Shown here: positions 10,601-23,858 of the stretch, in pieces
How the letters are laid out: each line of letters starts with the position of its first letter
Position numbering within the stretch: position 1 is the first letter of the stretch
Source: Octopus vulgaris
Taxonomy: Eukaryota
Assembly (NCBI GenBank): GCA_951406725.2
Contig: OX597822.1
Location: 74,896,001 to 74,960,000, forward strand
Direction: 5' to 3'
Length of the DNA: 64,000 nt
Program-made: the position numbers and the translations under genes
Notes under the pieces: model-generated
The model's input: the letters and a program-made list of their open reading frames with translations, nothing else
What the model was told of the DNA's origin: nothing
Databases searched by the model: none

Positions 10601-13600
10601 CTATGTGCCTTGTGTATTTGAGTATATCATGTTCACTGCATGCATTGTGTAGTGTTCACTGTGCATTGTGTAGTATTCATTGTGTGCCTCGAGTACATTG
10701 TGTTCACTATGTATCTTGAGTATGTTGTGTTCAGTATGTATCCTGAGTGTGTTGTGTATGTTCACTGTGTGCTTTGAGTATTTGAATGCACATAGACATG
10801 CATGCATGTGTGCACTGACATGCAAGTTCTCACATGCACTGTATTGGATAGCATTTTGGGTGTTTAGATCAGCATTTCTTAAACTGTGGGTTGCAACCCC
10901 ATTTAGGATCATGAGGTGAAATGCTGGGGTTGCGAAAATTAAATTCAAACACTTGAATTTCAGTTTTTATGTTATTTCACAAATGTATATTTAATACCTG
11001 GGGGTCATGAAAAATCTTGTGATGTAAAATGGGGTCATGAATAAAAAAAGTTTAAGAAATGACCACAAATGGGATTGCAAAACAAAATGCTGGGGTCGCG
11101 AAAATTCAATTCAAACATTTGAATTTCAGTTCATATGTTATTTCACAAATGCACAATATTTAGCGTGATGCATCATGTTGAAGATGCTTTACATCCAGCA
11201 GTGCCAAATATTACACCAAGGTTTAATTTCGCTTATGCAGCAAAAAACAAGCACAGCTGTCACTTTGTTTTTTGTTTTTGTTTGTTCCTTCTCGAGTCAC
11301 GCCTGGCTCATAAGGGCTGGTTTCCAAGTTTCCTTGGCGTATAGGTTCCCCACCTGGACAGGACGCTGGTTGTCGCAGGTGAGCTGTAAGATGCAGGAGG
11401 AAAGAGTGAGAGAAAGTTGTGGCGAAAGAGTCAGCAGAAGTTCGCCATTACCTTCTGCTGGAGCCACGTGGAGCTTAAGTGTTTTGCTCATAAACACACA
11501 CATTGCCCGGTCTGAGATTCGAACCCGCAATCCCTCGACTGTGAGTCTGCTGCTCTAACCACTAGGCCATGTGCATCCACCATATTTTAATTTTGGCAAA
11601 TGATATAACTACTTTTTTTATAAATATATTGTACAGCAAAAAAATAAATGATTTATGTATTTATTTGTATGTTTTATTTCATATTACCTGGGTTTGCGCA
11701 AAAACCTCATGATGAAAAACGGAGTCATGAATAAAAAGAATTTAAGAAGCGCTGGTTTAGATAATGTTGTTCTTGTGGGAGGAAGAGTATAGGCATGACT
11801 GTGGGCCTGTGCAAATGACAACGCAACTATCATTTCTTTGGGTTTTTTATTCCAGGATGGCTATGTGAAGATCAACAATGAACTATTATCAAATATCACC
11901 TTTTTCTGGAGTGCGGACAAGTATGTTGGCCATATCTATTTTCTGTAAGTATTGCATTCTTTACATTGACCATTTTGGGAAGTTTTATTTTTTTCATGCT
12001 TTGTAAGAATAATAGTTGCAGGCATAGCTGTGTGTTAAGAAGCTTGCGAGCTGGCAGAAACGTTAGCACGCTGGGCGAAATACTTAGCAGTATTTTGTCT
12101 ACTGTTACGTTCTGAGTTCAAATTCTGCCGAGGTCGATTTTGCCTTTCATCCTTTCGGGCTCGATAAATTAAGTACCAGTTATGCACTTCGGTCGATGTA
12201 ATTGACTTAATCCATTTCTCTGTCCTTGTTTGTCCCCTCTGTGTTTAGCCCCTTGTGGGTAGTAAAGAAATAGAAATAGGTATTTCGTCTACCGTTACAT
12301 TCTGAGTTCAAATTCCACCAAGGTTGACTTTGCCTTTCATCCGTTCGGGGTCGATAAATTAAGTACCAATTATGCACTTAGGTCGATGTAATCGATTTAA
12401 TCCATTTGTCTGTCCTTGTCTATCCCCTCTGTGTTTAGCCCCTTGTGGGTAGTAAAGAAATAGCAATAGGTATTTTGTCTACCGTTACGTTCTGAGTTCA
12501 AATTCCAAGGTTGACTTTGCCTTTCATCCTTTTGGGGTCGATAAATTAAGTACCAGTTACGTACTGGAGTCGATGTAATCGACTTAATCCCGTGTTTGTT
12601 CCCTCTATGTTTAGCCCCTTGTGGGCAATGAAGAAATAAGAAGCTTGCTTCCCAATCACATGGTTCTGGGCTCAGTCCCACTGTGTGGCACTTCAGGCAA
12701 GTGTCTTCTACTTATTTGAGTTTTCACCTACCAAATCAACCCATGTGGAATCGGTTGGTCTGGGGCTGAAGTAGAAGACACTTGCATCTGTTGCCATGTA
12801 GTTGAATTGAAACTGAAACATGTTAGCAAAGCGAGCTTCTCAACCACATGACCATGTTGCAAACAAAACAGAAAAAAAAAAATTGCTCACGTTTTTGGAT
12901 TATATTTAGACAAACCATTTTAATGGTAAAACATAACATTTAAGAATCTTTATGAGATATCTTGTGGTTTTTTTTTTTTGCAGCTTTACCATATCAAGAG
13001 ACTACCAAACCTTCTGGATTAGAGAAAGGTCAGCAACAGTTCTTGACCACACTAAGGACCTACCTGTACCAAAAGTACCCCAAGAGGTGAGCAACTTTAT
13101 AAGTTCTTAATTTTGGTTTCATTTCTTTGTTGTCACCATGTTGTGTTGTTATGGTTGCTGTTTAGTTTCCAGATCATCCTTGATCAAAGAGACACATGAT
13201 CAAATGCATCCCAGCCATGACCACCGTGTCTTTTTCATATGAACAGGGAAACCGGGTTGCACATTATCCAACATGTTCTTTTCTAAGATGGCCAGATGGA
13301 ATTTGGGAGAGATTTGGCTGTTATTTCTAACAGGTTGAAGCTTTCTCTTTTTTTAGCTTTTTAATTTCTTTTTTCTTTTTTTTTTTTGCCACTGCTTAAT
13401 TATTTCTGTAACATTTTAATTATACCCACTCGTTAGTGCCTACTTTATGCATTAGTATCTACAGAGAGTGAGAGAAAGAAAGAAAGAGAAGTTGGAGGTT
13501 AATGATTGATTTAATCACATATACACAGTCCTCTCTGTCTTTCTCTCTTTCTCTTTCTCTTGTATAACATATTTATACATTTTCATGATAATTATCAATA

Positions 13601-16600
13601 AGCCACAGGAGTGGCTGTGTAGTAAGTAGCTTGCTTACCAACCACATGGCACCTTGGTCAAGTGTATTCTACTATAGCCTCGTGCCGACCAAAGCCTTGT
13701 GAGTGGATTTGGTAGACGGAAACTGAAAGAAGCCTGTCGTATATATGTATGTGTTTGTATATGTTTGTGTGTCTGTGTTTGTCCTCCAACATCGCTTGAC
13801 AACCGATGCTGATGTGTTTACGGCCCCGTAACTTAGCGGTTTGGCAAAAGAGACTGAAACAAGTAACAAGTAAAAGAGTAAGCCCATAAAGGCATGTAGC
13901 TTAGTGGTTAGGGTATTTGACTGACAAATCATAAGACCATGAGTTTGATTCTTGGCATCTCGTGTTCTTAAGCAAGACACTTTATTTCACATTGCTCCAG
14001 TCCACTCAGCTGGCAGAAATGAGTAGAACCTGCATTTCAAAGCGCCGGTCTTGTCACATTCTGTGTCATACTGAATCTTCCTGGGAACTACATTAAGAGT
14101 ACGCATGTCTGTGGAGTGCTCAGCTGCTTGCACGTTAATATCACGAGCAGGCTCTTCCATTGATCAGATCAACTGGAACTCTGATTGTCATAACTACTGG
14201 TAGTGCCAGTTACTTATCAATAAGTGTTATATACAATATAACCGGGTTATATTGTATTGCCAGTTCAATCCTTATGGCAAGCCAAATTATAAATATAATC
14301 TTATTGCTTCAATTTCAGGTAAATTGAGGCAATCGAGGATTATCTGGGCTAGTGGATTAACAGTCATAAAATGTGGTTCACAACTGGGATCTGGGATCAG
14401 TGAACTCACGATCTGGGATCAGTGAACTCATGAACTGGGATCTGGGATCAGTGATAAGCAAGGCTACATATATCATAGAAAGTGTAAAAGTTGAATCTTT
14501 TGGACCATTTTTTAAGCTTGAATTTATGGGGTTGACTTTGACATAGATAACTACTTTTGAGGGACTGAAATTCAAGCCAGAATCCGAGGTACCATATCTG
14601 CAGCAGAAGCCCAGCTCATCTTTAAACGAATAAAAACAAAAACTATGAATTACAGTAATATTACCAATTCTATGCCTCAAAACACGCATCCTAGTAAATA
14701 ACAAAGCCCATAAGAAAGACCGCATTGCTCTCGTGTGCAGTTACCAGTAAATGTCCATGATCTGGTGTAGAGTTGTTAATCTGAAGTAGGGATTCCCAAA
14801 ATGTGTTCTGCAAAACCCCAGAGTTCCCTGAAAGTTATCAGGGGTTCCATGTTTTTAAAAATAATGTCGAAGGATTCTGTGGCAAAAAAAAGTTTGGGAA
14901 CCAATGATCTAGTGATTAACTAAATGTTTTTTAGGCTTACCAAAGTTATGCCTCTGTATGAATTCCTACAGTGGTGTTTGCTATTGTTCACCAATAGTGT
15001 TGTCTGTAAAACATGTTTCTCACCATGTAAACAACAAGCATATGACACATGTGTTTATTGGATTTGGAAATGAGGAAAATATAAAGGTTGCATAGCAACC
15101 ACTGATCCAATGATTAATTGAATGATTTTTAGGCTTACCAATGTCATGCCTTTGTATGAATTCAGACTGTGGCATTTGCCAGTGTTTGTCAATAGTGCTG
15201 TCTGTGAAACACGTTTCTTACCATGTAAACAACAAGTGTATGTTTATAGTACTTGCAGCATATCCTGTGCATATATTTTCACATTTTAGTAATGGTAATG
15301 CAGCACCCATCAACAGATGTGTAGTGCTCGTTATTAAATGGTGAAGGCGCATGACTTAGTGGTTAGGGGCATTCAGCTCAGGATCATAAGATCGTGAGTT
15401 CAATTCCTGGTGACGCGTTGTGTTCTTGAGCAAGACACTTTATTCTACGTTGCTCCAGTCCACTCAGCTGGCGAAAATGAGTTGTACCTGTATTTCAAAG
15501 GGTCAGCATTATCACACCCTGTGTCACGCTGAACCTCCCCGAGAACTATGTTAAGGGTACACATGTATTTTTGGAGTGCTCAGCCACTTACATGTGAATT
15601 TCATGAGCAAGCTGTTCTGTTGATTGTATCAGCTGGGACCCTCGTCGTCGCAACCGATGGAGTGCTCCTACTATAAGCACTGAGCATTCCTTTATAAGTA
15701 CTCCACCTATAGAGCAGGGTACAGTAAGGTAGCCACACAATTTTGTAACTGTTAATTCTATGTAGATGACAGTATGGTATCTTGACCCACAAATGTTGTC
15801 CTGTTGTTTGTGAAATACTAGGGTTGACTTTTATATGGGTTCTATGGAAAATTCCCAATTATTTGGCCAAAAATAGGAGGTTGACTTTTACATGAGTTTG
15901 ACTATCACTCGAGTATATACGGTATATTAATTTCACCCCAATTTTCCATATTTCAGAACATTGTTCCCTTAACGAAGCAGATCAATACGGCCGACTGTGG
16001 CAAGACTCGTGGTTGCTATCGGGAACCAGCAGGATGCTGGGAGCTGAACTGCAAGTACATCGTAACCTGGAAGAGCATTGACAATGTCGTAGAGGTGGAA
16101 ATGAGTATGGCTACAGGTCGAATTCATAATGTCTGGATGACATTTGCTCTGTCTGACGATACATATGAGGTAAGTGAATATCTGTGAATTGCTCTGGCAA
16201 GGAAGTTTGTCTTACATTCTTAACATTTCTCCTGTTTTAGTTTTTCTTCAAATCTTTATATGATGGGTATGTGCCTTAGTTACTCTGCACAGGTAGCATA
16301 ACTGAAAGACATTATATATACAGGGCGCAGTGAATGGGGCTAATGCAGTTTTGCACCTCTTCTTGAAAAATGCACGTTTTTGAAAACATTTTTTCAGATT
16401 CCTACGTTTTAGATGTTGGAGATTATGAATATGCAAAAAAATGAATTTTTTTACATTTCACCCTCCGAATATGAAATTTTGATTTTGCTTATTTGGAAGA
16501 AATTGTAGTGAATTGATGAACATATGCAAATTGAAATTAAATATAGACTAAAACATCAAAGTGAAAAGAATTTGCATTTTACTTGTGTTTGCCTTAACTA

Positions 16601-17636
16601 GTGACTGTGTGGTAAGTAACTTACTTACCAACCACATGGTTCTGGGTTTAGTGTGTGGCACCTTGGGCAAGTGTCTTCTACTATAGCCTCTGGCTGATTA
16701 AAGCCTTGTGAGTGGATTTGGTAAACAGAAAGAAACCCTTTATATATATATATACACACACGTGTGTTTGTGTGTCTGTGTTTGTCCCCCCAACATTGCT
16801 TGACAACTGATGCTGGTGTGTTTACGTCCCTGTAACTTAGCAGTTCGGCAAAAGAGACCGATAGAATAAGTACTAGGCTTACAAAGAATAAGTCCTGGGG
16901 GTCAATTTGCTTGACCAAAGGCGGTGCTCCAGCATGGCTGCTGTCAAATGACTGAAACAAGTAAAAGAGTAATTGTAAATTTTTTTTTTTGCATATTCGT
17001 AATCTCCAACATCTAAAACGTAGGAATCTGAAAAAATATTTTCAAAAAAATGCGTTTTTCAAGGAGAGGTGTGAAACTGCATTAGCTCCCACTGAATATA
17101 TTGTCTAAATTACATAAAAATGAAAATAACACTGACATCTCATTTTAACAGATATATTTACCAAAATTACATAAAAATATTTTGAAATACTAAAGAGTAA
17201 ATCTATTCAATAAAATCACCATTGGCTTCAACCATGGCCTCCAGACAACTTTAGAATGCCCGTGGGCATATGGCGTAGTGGTTAAGAGTGCGGGCTACTA
17301 ATCCCAAGATTCCGAGTTCGATTCTGGGCAGTGACCTGAGTAATAGTAATAATAATAATAACATCGAAAAATACCTTAGGAATGAGAACCCAGGTTCGAA
17401 ATTTCCTTAAGACACCTGATGAAAGCTGGAGGGTATATCAGCCGAAACATTGTGTTAATAACAAACAAGATGAGGACAAATATCTGTCCAATGTAAATAA
17501 TGTACATAATTCCTCATCTCTTAAATATAGAACTGTAATATATATATATATATTTTGTATGGAATTGTAAAATAAAAAGAAATAATTTTTGAGGATGAAC
17601 AAGTCTCCAGATTCTATATTATTATAATTATTTGCT

Positions 17637-17680
<44 letters not shown>

Positions 17681-20600
17681 TGACTATGTGGTTGAGATGT
17701 TCACTTTGCAACTAGATGATAGGGTCAGGTCCAGTCTGGCTGTGTGGCCTCTTCTGCTATAGCTTTCGGCTGACCAATACCTTGGTAGATGGGGTCTGTA
17801 TGGAAGCCTATTGTGTATGTGTGAAACTTAGAGTAATTTTAATGAATAATAGAAAAGGAGATTTTGTTTCTGCATATTCATTTCCTTGAGCACTCCTTAG
17901 AATACATTGTGTGTGTGTATGAATCACTATCACTGAGGTACTCCTTGTTATCTCATCATCATCTTTTTACTGTCTATTTTTCCATTCCTGCATGGGTTGG
18001 AGTAGGGGTTCCCAACCAATGGTTCCTGACTTCCTATGGAGGTCATGAAGCCTCAGCAGTGGGGTTCGCGTAGCCTTGCCAGAAGTGGCTTGGGATAATA
18101 TTAATTGATTAAAATGTAAATCAAGCTGCTGATAGTAGGTGGTCGCTTGGGTTTCAAGCTCTTGCATAAGGGGTCGCGAGTGCAATAACGTTGGTAACAG
18201 CTGGGTTAAAGGAAATTTGTTGAAGTGGACTTTCTATGTTCAGCTGCCCTTCCTGTTGCCAACTCTCACCTGTTTCTGAGCAAAATAATATTTCCTCATG
18301 GGCAGATGTGTTTTCGCGAAAGATTGAAAACAAAGGACACTGCTTGTAGGTCAGTGACACTCGTTTATGTCTACTGTGTGGTGTCAATAAGAAGACTCAA
18401 ACATATACACATATACAAACATACAAATACAATGGGCTTCTTTCAGTTTCTGAAATCCATTCACTAATCTCTTCTCAAGATTTTATTCAGCTCAAAGTGC
18501 CACACAGTGGGACTGAACCTGAGAGCATGTTGTTGGAACACATTTGTGAACCACACAGTTACAACTGTGCTGTACAAGGTTAGAAGTTTTGTGGGAGAGC
18601 ATGAGCCTTGGGGGGGATGATAATTAATCTTAACTCAAGTAGGATTTGAACTCACAACATAATGGCACCTGTCTAGGTACCATTGGGAACTTTGTGAGGA
18701 GTTTTACCAATTGTTTCACATTGTTTTACCGTCTTGAATCCAAGAACTCATGGAACTAGTTACTTGTTTTCCAAGGGGTATAAATAAGATAACAACAGTT
18801 CCTTTGAATGGGATGCCATTCAATCACAGGGTTGTTACTCATGTACAGCTGAGTGGACTGGGCCAATGTGAAATAAAGTGTTTTGCTAAAGAACCCAATG
18901 CCCTGCCTGGTCCATGATTTTGCGATTATGAGTGCAACACCCTAGCCCCTATGCCATGCGACTCCTATCTCTACCACTTATGTTATGTGAAATGGGTTAG
19001 TCCACATTACTCAGTAGGAAGCATAAGACCAGTTTCCTGGTGTGTGTGTATGTGTGTATATACACACACTCACACACACACATATGTACGTATATATATT
19101 CCTACATAGAGAGGAGGATGGTCTGTTGCAGGATTCCTCATTTTTGCCAGCTGAGTGGACTGGAGCAAAATGAAATGAAGTGTTTTGCTCAAGAACTCAA
19201 TGCGTTGCCTGGTCCAGGAAATGAAACCACAATCTTAGGATCATGAGTCCAACACCCTAACCACTAAGCCATGCACCTCCACAGCAATGTGAAATGAAGT
19301 GTTTTGCTCAAGAACACAATACATTGCCCAATCCAGGGAATCAAAACCAACACCCCGACCACTGTGCCATGTGCTTCCATTGTTATCTGAAATACTGGAG
19401 TGAAATAAAATGAAATAAAGATAAAACTGAAAAGGCAAGACTCATGACTGTTTCTCTTGTGTTTTAATCTGTTGCAGAGAGATTCTTTTTGTGAATGTAT
19501 TTGTTACATTTTTATTTCCAATCTGTCTCTCCTCCTACTCTTCCCTCTAACACCTTTGGCACTCCCACCTCATTGTCATTATGAGCTGTTCTTTTTGTTC
19601 GTTTCCATTTTTTTATATCTATATATTTTTGACTTCCCTGCATATTTCCACAACACACCATGAATGGGATGGGTTTTTTTTTTGTAATTTTTATTTTTTA
19701 TTAATATTATTATTTTTTTTTTGTATCTGTTGTGCTTCACTTTTTATGCCAGAGCTTTCCTAAGTTTCCATGCTCTAATTTTTAATTTTTATTTTGTTTC
19801 AGTCATTAGACTGCGGCCATGCTGGGGCAACACTTTTAAGAATTTTTCCCATTTGTATTTGAATGTGTGTGTGTGTGTGAGAGAGAGAGTGAAGCACTCA
19901 GTCCACTCTTCAAGGTGGTTCATGTTAGGAAGGGCATCCAGCTGTAAAAATTAAGTGAAAACAGGCAGAAGTCTGGTTTTGTCTTCTACCCTGCCCACAC
20001 CTGTCAACCCATCCAACCTATGCCAGCACGGAAGGTGAACATTATGTATGTACACACACACACATCCCTATATATGTGTGTGTGTGTTTCTTTGAATTGA
20101 TATTGTGTGATAGTTGTAAAGTTGTAAATGAGTGTCACTATCAAACAAGCAGTGTTGTTTCTTTCCAGTCTTCCATAAAAACATGTCTGGCCATAGGGAA
20201 ATATTACCTTGCTTGGAAAGAGGTTAGGGTTGGTGATGGGAAAGGCATCTGGCTGTAGAAAAATCTACTTAAAAAAAAAATTCCCTAGAACCCATACAAA
20301 CATTAAAAAGTGGATGTTAAAATGTTGGTGATGATGATGATGGGTTAATGACAGCAGGTGTGTATCTACCCAAGATAGCCATGATGTCTGATAATTTGAG
20401 TTTCTTTTTGTTATTCAGGGTGATGACTATGCGTTTGACTGCATTGAGGATTTCAAACATGGAGTTGTATCTGTTTCACTTTCCTACATCAGAGGAGTAA
20501 ACGATATCGTGGAATTAGACGAGGTGAGTAGAGCTACTTCCAGTTAATGTTGTTGTTGTTTTACCTTTTAGCATTTAAACTGGGTCAGATCTGGCCAAAA

Positions 20601-23600
20601 TATTCTACCTGCTTTATGTTCAAAACTGACCAGTGCTGGCCCCTCACACCCACTGTACAAGGTCATTCTAAAAGTAGCCAATCACAAAATAATTTATGAT
20701 TAATTCAAAATAATGTCAATAACAGTTGACGAGTTTTGATACCTGTGCCGGTGGCACATAAAAAAGCACCATCACGTAAAAAGCACCAACTGATCGTGGC
20801 CGTTGCTAGCCTCCCCTGGCACTTGTGCCGGTGGCATGTAAAAAGCACCCACTACACTCACAGAGTGGTTGGCATTAGGAAGGGCATCCAGCTGTAGAAA
20901 CACTGCCAGATCAGACTGGAGCCTGGTGCAGCCTCCTGGCTTCCCAGATCCCGGTTGAACCTTCCAACCCATGCTAGCATGAAAAACGGATGTTAAACCA
21001 TGATAATGATGATGATCTTCAGATGTGTGTCTCATAGAGGCGATGACAGGTGGCTGAGAAGTTTGGTGATTTGCTGTGCTTGAAAAGACACATCAGGCTG
21101 AGTGAAATTGTAGTTGTGGCCAGTACTGGTGACATGTAAAAGGCACCCACCACTTTCTATGGAGTGGTTCACATTAGGAATGGCATCCAGCTGTAGAAAT
21201 CAAACCAAAAACAGACTGGAGCCAGGCGCAGCTCTCCAACTGGTCATCTCTTGTCAAACCGTCTAACCCTTGTCAGTTTGGAAAATAAACACTTATAGAT
21301 TATGATGATAGTAATCTGAATACTAAAGGGTTAAACCCTGGACTATCCTCAAGTCGACCTGTAATCAAAGGCTCTCCAACCATGACCATTTGATTTTTTT
21401 TTTATCATCTCAGGCCCAGTACATAAGTTCCACAGTTATCAGTGTGTCACTTTTGCCACCTCTTCAGTTGTCTGCTTTTTAACCATAGGCCCTAATGTTA
21501 CTCAACAAACCTTTTGCTTTAACCTTTTTGATACCAACCCACCTAAAACCACCTCTGTCTCTGTGGTACAAATGTCTTGTTTTCATAAGTTTTGAATTAA
21601 AATCTTCCACCAAACCTTAATCATAATTTATGTTCCTAACACTAGCTGAATGATAACTAAGTTATTTTACTAAATTCTTTGTTATATTTAAAATTAATTG
21701 AAAGAAACACACAGCATCTCAACAGAAATACGGTAACAAAAGGGTTAAAATATATAACAGAGAAACAATATTCTTAACCCTTTCGATACTAACCTGGCTG
21801 AAACCACCTCTGACTCTGTAGTACAAATGTCTTGCTTTCAGAAGTTTGGAATTAAAATCTTCCACCAAACCATAGTCACAATTTATGTTCCTAACACTAG
21901 CTGAATGATAACTAAGTTATTTTACTAAATTCTGTTATATTTAAAATTAATTGAAAGAAACACAGAGCATCTCAACAGAAATATGGTAACAAATGGGTAA
22001 AGTGACCATTTCATCATGGTCCTCAATGCTAGGACATTACTTTTGTGAATCCCAGAACTCAGAGGTTTGGTTACCTGGTGTCTGTGGTGCACAAGTGTTC
22101 AAGATCACAACTTTACCCCTGAATAGAATATCAGTCTGCCTCAGGGCTACTCATTTACAGCTGAGTGGACTGGGCCAACACAAAAAAAAAAGAATGAAGT
22201 GTTTTGCTCAAGAACACAAATGTACCAACCTGGTCTGGAAACTGAAACCACGATCTTGTGATCGTGAGTACCATGCCCTAACCACTAGGCCAATGCACCC
22301 TCCCTCAAAGCAGCCACATGGGCTTTTGTAAACTCAGTTATTCTAAGTGGTTTTGAGGGGGTTTGACCATCCAAAGTATAAAAAAGAATACCAATAGGTC
22401 CCTTTTTTTCTTTCTTTGGATCTTTGTAGCAATTTCTGTATGAATGTTGTCATTGTAGGGTCTCGTAAAATAAACCCGGTAAAGTGGTTATTTCAGCGAC
22501 CCACTGGTCAAGCAAAATGCTAGATCATCTATGATGGATGTTGGATGCAATTTACCTATACTACAAAACATTTTGTCTTCAAAATATATAGGTTCCAACG
22601 AATTTAGAGTCACTGCAGTTGAGAAAATTATTGATGATATTTCTTCTTTAGGAATACTCTTACACTGGCAGTGAGTGATTTGGACAATCAAACTGGTGAA
22701 AATGAGGGAAGTAGCGATTTGAGTGAACTAATATGATAGTTAAGCGAAAGGCCTATTATCGTTTTACTCTGAATTTTCTTGTGGTTCTGTCCATTAGTTT
22801 GCCGTACATATACAGTAGTTGAGAGATAGACCTATTATTATTATTATTCTCCTGAATTTTTTGTGATTCTATCTATTAGTGTGCCTGCAATCATTACTCT
22901 TGAGCTGTATTTGAAACTATTTATATGGTTTGTTCAGGAGCACAGGTGGAGGGTAGTTAGACACAAGGGCCTAGGTCTGAGAGGGTCAAAATATCTTTCA
23001 ATAAAGCATATGAAAGAGCATACTAAAATTGTTTCTTTTACAAATTATAGTTTTATTATAGGGATGCATTTTTATATACTGGTAAATACCATATATTATT
23101 GACTGGACTTACCCCAGTATATTACTGATACTTATTTTTTTTTAGTCTAAGAGGAACATAAGGGTTGGTTGGTTCTTGCAAGATTTGAACTCAGAACATA
23201 GAAGGACGTAATGTAAATGCTATTTGGCAATTAAATCAGATACCCTACACTTCCTGCCATCCTACCATTCTATTCTCACCGCACTTCCTATAAAAGTACA
23301 AGTTTAACGACGTTTGGCCATCTTCCAAGATGTCAAAGAATTATTGAAAGTTTATACAGACATGTCGAAACACAAGTGATTGGCTTGGAATCAACCAATT
23401 TCAACAGAATTTCTCAATCGTTTCAAATCCTTAATCTCTGCAAAGAACATCAATGTTTTTGGCCATCTTCCAATATATGTCAATAGATTCCAATAACATT
23501 ATAGGATACAAGTTGGTATATCGTATCCAGGGTATTTATCATTGACTACGTTAATAATGCACCTGGGTAGTTCAGATCACTTGGTGCCCACTTCATAGCT

Positions 23601-23825
23601 TTGTCTGCTACTTCTCTCGGTACCACTACCATACCACCATTATTATGATCACCACTAGTATTACAACCGCCACCACCACCACTACTACTACAAACTATTA
23701 CTACCACCACCACCACCACTACTATAACTACTACTTCTACCACCACCACTAGCACCACAACTACCACTATTACCACCACCTTCACTACTGCTACTACTAC
23801 TGCCACCACCACCACTGCTACCATC

Positions 23826-23858
<33 letters not shown>

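Noticed and set aside
17264-17335. tRNA gene
   Set aside because: Has A and B boxes but no good acceptor stem and continues into a repeat body; it is a SINE head, as are the other tRNA-like heads.
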